A stretch of DNA of 64,000 nt from Candidatus Iainarchaeum sp. GTDB lineage: Archaea; Iainarchaeota; Iainarchaeia; Iainarchaeales; JAZDDZ01. Location: NCBI GenBank assembly GCA_043809245.1, contig JAZDDZ010000054.1:51988-115987 (forward strand). The letters run 5' to 3'. Positions 56,476-64,000 of the stretch are shown piece after piece. Both the position numbers and the translations under genes were made by a program. The notes beneath the pieces are model-generated. The model made no database searches and was not told the DNA's origin. It worked only from the letters and a program-made list of their open reading frames with translations. Positions within the stretch are counted from its first letter, which is position 1. Each line of letters begins with the position of its first letter.

Positions 56476-56964
56476 ATGGATTCTGAAAAAAAAGCAATGC
56501 TTTCATTCCTCGCAAAGTTCTTCATAATCTACGGCGTTCTCCAGGGGTTAATTCTTTTCCTTGACCTTTCATTCATCCAAACGGCTTTGGCTGGGTTAAG
56601 CGCGGCAATGGTTTCCGCGCAAGCCAACGGCGTTTTCGTGAGGATAAACAGCGGCGCGTTTGAGGTAACGGCTTCCTGCACTGGCTTGGTTTCCGCATCC
56701 ATTCTTGCAGCAATAATTTTTTCACTGAAAAAGCCTGAAATGAAAAAAAAGTTTTTGTTTTTCATTGCCGGCGCGGTTGCATTGTTTTTGGTTAACATTG
56801 CAAGGCTTTACCTAGTGCTTTCAATCGGCAAAGCATTTGGGATTAACGCAGCTGAAACCGCGCACGTGCTCAGCTGGTTTGCAATGAGCGCGGCAATAAT
56901 CGCGCTATGGTATTACGGAACAAAAAAATTAATCGGAATAAAAGAATTCGGGGAATTGATTTGA
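56476..56964 (+). CDS. Archaeosortase/exosortase family protein
   Basis: CTG, NxxR and downstream His (Cys-Arg-His triad pattern) in TM protein. Confidence 0.78.
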   Translation: MDSEKKAMLSFLAKFFIIYGVLQGLILFLDLSFIQTALAGLSAAMVSAQANGVFVRINSGAFEVTASCTGLVSASILAAIIFSLKKPEMKKKFLFFIAGAVALFLVNIARLYLVLSIGKAFGINAAETAHVLSWFAMSAAIIALWYYGTKKLIGIKEFGELI

Positions 56965-56993
56965 AATGATTGGCAGAAAAAGAAAAAGTGAGG

Positions 56994-58658
56994 TCATTTA
57001 ACTTCTTTTTTTGCTAATTGTTCTTTTTGCTTTTGCTGCCCGATTAAGTAGCGCAGGACTTCCGCGAAGCCCGGCCTTGTGATGAACACTCCAACCAATA
57101 CCCCAAGGATTGTTGTGAAAGCAAAGCCAACCAGTTTGGTTAAGCCAAAGGATTGGCCGAACAAAAGAATTGGAAGAGTGGCTGCGATTGCGGTTGAAGC
57201 CGAGGCAAAGACAATGAAGAACGCGCGTTTCACGCGGTTAACCAGGGAGCCTGATTCATACTCTTCGCCTTTGATTAGCTCGTCCGTTACAACGATTTGG
57301 TCGTCAACACCTGTTCCAACGGCTGCAAGGATTCCGGCAATGGATGCGAGGTCAAGCTGCCATTTGACAAGCGCGGCAATCGCAATTACTATTACAATTT
57401 CGCTTATGTCAGTTGCAAGGATTGGAATTGTAATCCTTAGGTTTCGGTAGCGGATGAAAAGCACTAAAGCCACTATGAGCAGTGCCGCCAGGCCCATAAA
57501 CAATGTGTTCTGCAGGAACTCTGCTCCAAGCAAGGGGGAAATGCTTTCCTTTGAAATTGACTCAACTGGAATCGGCAAATAACCGGATTCAAGCAAAATA
57601 GTCAAAGAGCTGAGCCTGTCAAGCGCTTCCTGCTGGCTTGAAGCGCTTCCCGTGATTGCAAGGTCTGAGAAGACTTTTGCATTAGATATGTCCGCAACAT
57701 AGGGCTCCATGTTTGTGACGTCCTCGCGCAAAGAAATTATTTGCCTTGCACCCGAAGCAGTCCAGATCCAGGGAATTCCCGCGGAAGGCTCAACTTCCTT
57801 TAGCCTGAAGCCCAAAACGTTAAGGTCGCTTTTAACTGAATCCGCGAAACCCGGGGAAATTATTGCAGTGTGGTTTGATGAGACAAGCTCTTTGAGCTCT
57901 TCGCTTTGCTCTTCCGAGATTCCGTTTGAGGAAATTATAAAGTAAGGCTGGTTTATGTTCAAAAGCAGCTCGTTTATTTCCGTGCCGGATGAAATGTCTT
58001 CGGTGAGGTTTCCATTCAATAAAAGCTGTTCGTCGGCGCTGAACTGTTCTTCGGAGAAAAGGAAGACTGATTGTTCGGGCCTGTCAATGAAGAAGTAAGT
58101 TTTGTCGCAGTCGTAAACATTGCCTTGCTGGGGGTCATAGGAAACAATTGTGCATTTGTGGAAAATCATGCGGCTGAATCGCTGCGCCGCATCTGATTTG
58201 AGAATGAAAGGCAAATCCCACCTGAACAAGGTGTCGCTTTCCTTTCTTAAGCCGTAGCCGCGCGCAGGGTCCTTTAGTATTGCCGCAATTTCGTCGCCGT
58301 TGAATAAAACGTTTCCATCAATGGTTGCCTCGAATTTTCCCTGTTTTTTGATTATTGTTTCAATGCGCTCCACTTCTTTTGGGTCGGTTTCAGCGACTTG
58401 CGCCAGGATAATGTCCTCTCCTGCGCTAGTGACCTTTGTGTCCTTCAAGCCGAATGAGTTGATTCTCTGCTCCAGGATTGTGCTGAAAGTCATTAATTGC
58501 GCTGCATCAGCTGGCTTTTCCGCAAGGTGAATCTGGAAAAGCGTTCCACCCTGAAAGTCAATGCCCAACTGGACTCCGTAAGCAGCGATGATTATCGCTG
58601 CCGCGATGACAGCGCAAACCCAGAGCACGACACGCCAGTTGCGCAAAAGCTCCCTCAT
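56994..58658 (-). CDS. secD: Protein translocase subunit SecD
   Basis: LGIDFQGG; L.SG.LP; GTGVDDQIV; GFA.TT. Confidence 0.93.
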   Translation of the reverse strand: MRELLRNWRVVLWVCAVIAAAIIIAAYGVQLGIDFQGGTLFQIHLAEKPADAAQLMTFSTILEQRINSFGLKDTKVTSAGEDIILAQVAETDPKEVERIETIIKKQGKFEATIDGNVLFNGDEIAAILKDPARGYGLRKESDTLFRWDLPFILKSDAAQRFSRMIFHKCTIVSYDPQQGNVYDCDKTYFFIDRPEQSVFLFSEEQFSADEQLLLNGNLTEDISSGTEINELLLNINQPYFIISSNGISEEQSEELKELVSSNHTAIISPGFADSVKSDLNVLGFRLKEVEPSAGIPWIWTASGARQIISLREDVTNMEPYVADISNAKVFSDLAITGSASSQQEALDRLSSLTILLESGYLPIPVESISKESISPLLGAEFLQNTLFMGLAALLIVALVLFIRYRNLRITIPILATDISEIVIVIAIAALVKWQLDLASIAGILAAVGTGVDDQIVVTDELIKGEEYESGSLVNRVKRAFFIVFASASTAIAATLPILLFGQSFGLTKLVGFAFTTILGVLVGVFITRPGFAEVLRYLIGQQKQKEQLAKKEVK

Positions 58659-59731
58659 TTTTTCACCTTTTTCTGCTTTGAATCAGCATACCATAAAAGC
58701 ATTGGCGCGTTCAGGAACCAGGTGGAAATGACGTCGCCGAACAAGCCGAACAAAATCACTGCGGCTATTTCAAAAACAACCATCATTTGCGCGAAATATG
58801 AAAGCACAAGCATTACTGATATCGCGGCAATCGTTGTTCCGGTCATGGTCAGGCCGGTTGCCATTGAATTGTAGGCGCGGTCAGCCGCGGTTGCCTCCTT
58901 TCTCTTTAGGACACGCGTTGTGAGAAGAATGTCAGTGTCAATGCTGTAACCGACAAGCATTAAGAGCGCAGGAATAGTTACGAGTGAAATGTTTATGCCA
59001 AACAAAGCCATTCCGCCTAAGCCCATTAAAACATCAAAAACAGCTGCGGCAATTATTGCAAGCGAGGGAATGAATTCGCGGAAGTAAATGAATATTACTA
59101 TTACGAGCAGCACAACTGAAATGAGCGCGAGCTTCAAGCCGTTGCCCACAAAGCTTTCGCTTAATGCAGGGCCGACTTCCCTTTGCTGGAAGCGCGTGTT
59201 GGCGCCCAGGCCAAGGCCATTGGTTATTGCATCCTCAAGGGAATTCTTGAATGCCTCCCTTGCCTTGTCAATTGAAGAATCAGCCAATTCAAGGAGGTCT
59301 GGAAGGCTTAAGCCTTCGCCTGAAGGAACCTGTGTGAACACAGACATTGCCTGCAGGGATTGCATTGCAAGCGATTGCGCCTGCTCAGGGTTTGAGTCTT
59401 CAAGAGAGTGCGCCTGGCTTAAAAGGCCCTCGGCTTTTTTGAAGTCCTCGTCATAAGCGAACTGGATTGTGGCGCCAAAGCCCCCTGTTGGAGAGGAAAT
59501 AGTTGAAATCTGCAGGTCCTTTAGCTTGAATTTCTGGGTTAAAACCCCCTGAAGCTGGGGGGCAGTAATTGGCGTGTCAGCGCGGACAATTATCTGGTTG
59601 CCGCCCTTCAAGTCAATTCCCTGGGGAATTCCAGGATAAACGAATGCCAGAAAAGCCAAAACAAGGTATAAAACCAGGGGAATGACCATCATTTTCCTGT
59701 AATCGCCCTTGTATAAATTGGAGAAATTCAT
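58655..59731 (-). CDS. secF: Protein translocase subunit SecF
   Basis: GIDLKGG; VGP; GYSIDTDILL; TW..NA. Confidence 0.93.
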   Translation of the reverse strand: MNFSNLYKGDYRKMMVIPLVLYLVLAFLAFVYPGIPQGIDLKGGNQIIVRADTPITAPQLQGVLTQKFKLKDLQISTISSPTGGFGATIQFAYDEDFKKAEGLLSQAHSLEDSNPEQAQSLAMQSLQAMSVFTQVPSGEGLSLPDLLELADSSIDKAREAFKNSLEDAITNGLGLGANTRFQQREVGPALSESFVGNGLKLALISVVLLVIVIFIYFREFIPSLAIIAAAVFDVLMGLGGMALFGINISLVTIPALLMLVGYSIDTDILLTTRVLKRKEATAADRAYNSMATGLTMTGTTIAAISVMLVLSYFAQMMVVFEIAAVILFGLFGDVISTWFLNAPMLLWYADSKQKKVKK

Positions 59732-59912
59732 TTTTCTTACACCAGCTTAAGACAAAGTTAGCACATAAAGAATAATAGTCTATAGTAGTTATTTTTCTTG
59801 GCTAAAATTTAAAAAACAGCGCATTTGCGCATAAAGCCGAACTTTCTTATTTTCTTATTTTCAGAAAAGCTTATTAATGCAAAGGAAGCCAATTGTTATG
59901 GGGGTGCTTTAA

Positions 59913-60188
59913 GTGGATAGCGTTGAATTAACCAAAATGAGTTCAAGGGGGCAGGTCGTGATACCCCAAAATATAAGGGAAAAAATGGGCCTTAAGGAAG
60001 GCGAGGCATTCGCGGCTGTTGCAAGCGGCAACACATTAATGCTGAGGAGGATAAAGACTCCTTCAAAAGAGGACATTTTGAAAGAACTCGAAAGGCTTGC
60101 AGTGAAAGGCGAGGCAAGGGCAAAAAAACTCGGATTAAAGGAAAAGGACGTTGACAGGATTATCCATGAGGCAAGGGGAACCAAGTAA
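59913..60188 (+). CDS. AbrB/MazE antitoxin
   Basis: MSSRGQVVIP..IRE.MGLKEG. Confidence 0.9.
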   Translation: MDSVELTKMSSRGQVVIPQNIREKMGLKEGEAFAAVASGNTLMLRRIKTPSKEDILKELERLAVKGEARAKKLGLKEKDVDRIIHEARGTK

Positions 60189-60276
60189 TGATTAGGGCCT
60201 TGCTTGACACAAACATCCTTGTTTCAGCGGGATAAAAATAGTAAACGCAAGGCAGTTTTTGGATTTGTTTAAATGA
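60188..60276 (+). pseudogene. Internally deleted PIN/VapC toxin
   Basis: MIRALLDTNILVSA joined out of frame to GIKIVNARQFLDLFK*; TAATG-coupled to AbrB. Confidence 0.8.
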
Positions 60277-60283
60277 AGGGGAA

Positions 60284-61276
60284 ATGAAAATGCGGCTATC
60301 CTATGTTCCAAGGGCAGATGACATAATAGGCGTTGCCTTCCGAAAGGCAAACAAGGAAGGCGGGCAGGTAAAAAAAATAAAGGACCGCGATAAGAGAAAA
60401 AAAACCATTGAGGCAAACAAGATAAAGATTGCGGAGAAATACCTTGGCGCGGAACTGAAAAAAATAGTGAAGGAAACGCCAAGCATTGAAGAACTTCATC
60501 CTTTTTACCGCGAACTGATGGCTTCGGCTGTAAGCCTGGATGAATACAAAAAATCACTGGGGCAATTGCAGAAAATCCCGAAGCTATTGTCAAGGGTGCG
60601 CTCGGAGTCAATGAGGCAGATTTTTTCCTCAAGGGATTCGGAAAAAGCCTTTGCCGCGAGAAAAAAGTTTTTTGCGCGCGCTGCATCGCTGGTTGAAAGC
60701 GCGGATAAAAGCCTCTCGCTACTTAGAAGGGTTTCAATTGAATCAAAAAAGTTTCCCAAAATAAATTTCGCTTTGCCGACAATTGCATTGGCCGGGTTTC
60801 CAAATGCAGGAAAAACCACTATTCTGAAACGCCTGACTGGCTCTGAGCCGGAAATAGCGCCTTACCCTTTCACCACAAAAGAAGTTAAGTTAGGGCACTT
60901 TGAGTTCCGTTATCAAAAAATTCAGGTGATTGACACGCCTGGGTTGCTTGACAGGCCGCAGAAAAACTTAGTTGAAAAAAAAGCCTTGAGCGCGTTAAAG
61001 CATTTGGCACAACTCGTTGTGTTTATTTTTGACCCGACAAAAAGCTGCGGTTTCACGGTTGAAGAGCAATTCAAGCTATTGGAAGAGCTCAAAGGGGAAC
61101 TGGGCGGGATTCCGTTCATCACGGTTGTGAACAAGGCAGACATGGCTAACGAGGGGGAAATAGGGGAAGTCAGCGCAAAAATAAGCGAATTCATTTTAAG
61201 CGGCGAAGGAACCAGCGAAAAAGAATTAAAGGAAAAAATCTGCGAAAACCTCAAGGAAAGGAAGCTGATTGAATAG
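60284..61276 (+). CDS. NOG1-family GTPase
   Basis: LHPFY; GFPNAGKT; YPFTTK; DTPGLLDR; NKAD. Confidence 0.93.
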   Translation: MKMRLSYVPRADDIIGVAFRKANKEGGQVKKIKDRDKRKKTIEANKIKIAEKYLGAELKKIVKETPSIEELHPFYRELMASAVSLDEYKKSLGQLQKIPKLLSRVRSESMRQIFSSRDSEKAFAARKKFFARAASLVESADKSLSLLRRVSIESKKFPKINFALPTIALAGFPNAGKTTILKRLTGSEPEIAPYPFTTKEVKLGHFEFRYQKIQVIDTPGLLDRPQKNLVEKKALSALKHLAQLVVFIFDPTKSCGFTVEEQFKLLEELKGELGGIPFITVVNKADMANEGEIGEVSAKISEFILSGEGTSEKELKEKICENLKERKLIE

Positions 61277-61322
61277 GTTGAAGAAGGTTAATTTAAATAG
61301 TGGAAAGCGCTAATTATTAGCG

Positions 61323-63173
61323 ATGAAAAAAGCAATTCTGTTTGTGTTCCTTTTCCTCCTTGCAGGGCTGGTTTGTGCATCCGCGCCGCTTCCCCTAAAA
61401 CTGGATTTCGGTTCAGCTTCCTCGCCCGTAATGGCTGGTTACACTCGCTTCACTGCAACGGCTTACAGTGCTGCAACCGGCTATGGCTGGGAGAACACTT
61501 CAGGCGTGTACGCTGACACAAGGTCTTCTGGGAATGAATTGGAAATCGACATGCACCAGATAGATGCTGAAAAAAGGTTTTTTGTGGATGTTCCCAACGG
61601 AACATACGCGGTTACTTTTCATTTCTATGACGCGGTTTTCGGGCAGAACGGAATCAACCTTGATGTTGAAGGAACAAGCGCGATAAGCAATTTAAGCGTT
61701 CCAAGCGCAACACACATAACAAGAACAAGCCAAACAAATGTAACGGACGGACAGTTAACGATAAGAATTTACAGCAGCACAGGAGGGGGAATGATATTAA
61801 ACGGATTGGAGGTTACAAGCACAGGAAGCACTTGCATTGAAAACTGGAACTGCACGACATGGAGCAGCTGCGTTGACGGAACGCAGACAAGAACCTGCAC
61901 TGATTCAGCTGGATGCGGAACAACCGTTTACAAGCCCGCCGAAATACAAAGCTGTTCCACGCCAGGGCAAGGCGTTATTTTTGAGGACGATTTCGAGGGA
62001 TGGCATGACCAGACAGGTTCAGGAGACAATGTAATCTGCAATCCAAGCAACAGCATAACTGCATGCAGGCCTGGTGGAAGCGAGTGGTGTGGTTTGTCTA
62101 ATTGGAGCGGTTATGGGTTGCCGGATAGCCAGGTCATTAATAATGGAGGAAGATTAAACAGCAATTCTTTCGTGGGCAATTATGAGTCAAGGGCTGAACC
62201 TTCAGCCCAGCTTACTGGATTTCTGCCAGACACGAATAAGGATGAGTTGTACTTTAGATGGTACACAAAGTATGACCCAACATGGGAATGGTGGCCTAAT
62301 CAAATTGAGCAGAAGCTGGCCCGAATAAGATGGACGCCTGCAGGATCAGCATGCCATATATGTGACCCATATGATATCATTCCTAAATGGAAATGGGGAA
62401 GAATGGTTTATGCAATATTTCCCGTTCAAGGAGTTACGCCAAGCATATATTCTGATCCTGAGGTTACCTGGCATGATTATGGCCCAGGGAATTGGATTTT
62501 GATTGAAAATTACATTAAACTTAACACAGTGGGACAAAATGATGGCATACTAACCTCGTGGATTAACGGAAAAAAAGTCCTTCACAGCGAAACAGTTTTC
62601 CTCAGGTCATCCGATACGCATATCAACAGCATCAACATTGGAGATAATATAGTTTACACAAAAAACCAAGGCGACCCAAGTGTTCCCTGGTATCCCCTGG
62701 AAGAAAAACAAATATGGTGGGACGATTTCGCCATAAGCACAAACTACCTCGGCCCAGAACCCTGCCCGAATGCAACAGAAATCACGCCAGAAAACGTTGG
62801 AACATGCTACTGCGGAAGCGCTTCAGCTTCACCAGAATGCTCTGCACCAAATCCATCAGCTTGCACTGGTATAGTTGACTCGGGTTACTGCTGCAACAAT
62901 TCATGGCAAACAACAAGCTGCACACCCGCAATACAATGCACAGTCAACATTGCAAACCCATGCACAATCTCTTTGGCAGGCGGAACAATCAATTCGTGCT
63001 CACAACAAAACCTCATCTACCAATACAATGCAACAACAACAGTGAACAACACAGTCAATGGGCTGCAGGCAAGCAAGGCATACGACATCAAAATAGAGAA
63101 CACGACAACAGGCATAACACAGAACAAAACCGCGAACACAAATTCCTCAGGCGTGCTGCAATTCAATTCATGA
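61323..63173 (+). CDS. Modular secreted protein B: malectin/CBM-like + Cys module + jelly-roll lyase-like + conserved CTD
   Basis: Signal peptide; DFG..Y..GYGW..VPNG.Y..NGLE; same jelly-roll and CTD as 39801-43304. Confidence 0.85.
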   Translation: MKKAILFVFLFLLAGLVCASAPLPLKLDFGSASSPVMAGYTRFTATAYSAATGYGWENTSGVYADTRSSGNELEIDMHQIDAEKRFFVDVPNGTYAVTFHFYDAVFGQNGINLDVEGTSAISNLSVPSATHITRTSQTNVTDGQLTIRIYSSTGGGMILNGLEVTSTGSTCIENWNCTTWSSCVDGTQTRTCTDSAGCGTTVYKPAEIQSCSTPGQGVIFEDDFEGWHDQTGSGDNVICNPSNSITACRPGGSEWCGLSNWSGYGLPDSQVINNGGRLNSNSFVGNYESRAEPSAQLTGFLPDTNKDELYFRWYTKYDPTWEWWPNQIEQKLARIRWTPAGSACHICDPYDIIPKWKWGRMVYAIFPVQGVTPSIYSDPEVTWHDYGPGNWILIENYIKLNTVGQNDGILTSWINGKKVLHSETVFLRSSDTHINSINIGDNIVYTKNQGDPSVPWYPLEEKQIWWDDFAISTNYLGPEPCPNATEITPENVGTCYCGSASASPECSAPNPSACTGIVDSGYCCNNSWQTTSCTPAIQCTVNIANPCTISLAGGTINSCSQQNLIYQYNATTTVNNTVNGLQASKAYDIKIENTTTGITQNKTANTNSSGVLQFNS

Positions 63174-63259
63174 AGCAAAATAACCGCTTTTTCGTGTTAC
63201 AAATATGGTTTTCTAACAACCCATACTATTTAAAAATATGACCGTTGTAATAACCATAT

Positions 63260-64000
63260 ATGAAGATAAGCGAGATTAACCCCTGGTGGAAGACTTCTGC
63301 AATTGACAATGAATTCCTGCAATTGCCTAGAAGGGGGTTGTTTGATGAACTAATCCCCTATATTGGGGAAAGGCAGATAATTGCCATTAACGGCCTGAGG
63401 AGAATGGGAAAAACAGTGCTCATGCACCATCTAATCGATTTTTTGCTGAAAAAGCAGAAACCGGAAAGCATCATTTACTATAACTTTGACTTGCTTGACG
63501 ACAAACTGGAAAACATTCTCTCCGCTTACCAGGACATGGTTGGAATTGATTTCAAGAAGGAAAAAATATTCGTTTTCCTGGATGAAATCCAAAAGCATGG
63601 AAACTGGGAGAACGAGTTGAAAGTATTATATGACAATTTTAAGAACATGAAATTCATAATAACCGGCTCAAGCAGCCTGTTCATTGAAAAAAAATCAAAG
63701 GAAAGCCTGGGGGGCAGGGTTTTTTCCTTTGCATTGAATCCGTTAACGTTCAAAGAATACCTTAGGCTGGCAAAAACAGGCATAGGAGAAAAGCCAGCAT
63801 TATATGAAAAAGAAATTAAAACCGCGCTACGGCATTACGTGAGAATCGGGGGCTTCCCAGAACTGATGAACACAACCGATGAAACAAAAATAAACCGCTA
63901 CATCAAGGAACTGGTCATAGACAGAATCATCTACATCGACATTCCAAAGGCATTTGAAATAGACGAGCCTGAGTTGCTGGCAAGAATCCTCTCCATTATT
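63260..64000 (+). CDS. AAA_14 / DUF4143-type ATP-binding protein (runs off window)
   Basis: NPWW; GLRRMGKT; FLDEIQ; TGSS; ESLGGR; GGFPE. Confidence 0.88.
   Translation, partial: MKISEINPWWKTSAIDNEFLQLPRRGLFDELIPYIGERQIIAINGLRRMGKTVLMHHLIDFLLKKQKPESIIYYNFDLLDDKLENILSAYQDMVGIDFKKEKIFVFLDEIQKHGNWENELKVLYDNFKNMKFIITGSSSLFIEKKSKESLGGRVFSFALNPLTFKEYLRLAKTGIGEKPALYEKEIKTALRHYVRIGGFPELMNTTDETKINRYIKELVIDRIIYIDIPKAFEIDEPELLARILSII

Noticed and set aside
43065-63173. Shared CTD as a DGR template/variable repeat pair
   Set aside because: Differences are not adenine-specific, both copies are coding, and no reverse transcriptase is present.

Overview
This is an archaeal chromosome segment. The gene content (short RpoD, SecY/SecDF, CarS, aIF2-gamma, aIF5B, KEOPS parts) and the streamlined operons suggest DPANN, plausibly Ca. 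Iainarchaeota/Diapherotrites; this is inference, not tested. The backbone is two large ribosomal-protein/RNAP/translation clusters, an intron-containing tRNA-Leu(TAA), gltX, valS, grpE-dnaK-dnaJ, sua5/kae1/bud32 and secDF. About eight toxin-antitoxin modules or remnants are interspersed, along with an AT-rich nuclease insert, a solo Cas4-like nuclease and four large Cys-rich secreted proteins. No CRISPR array, rRNA, transposase or integrase was seen. Strongest unexplained signals: (1) a ~90-nt structured non-coding element with covarying stems, present three times at gene junctions inside translation operons; (2) two modular secreted glycan-active proteins that share promoter-proximal DNA, N-terminus and a 76%-identical 79-aa C-terminal domain around shuffled interiors; (3) insertions that duplicate the end of an essential gene (gltX 3' end, possibly kae1 5' end). 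All calls come from reading motifs by eye; no searches were run.
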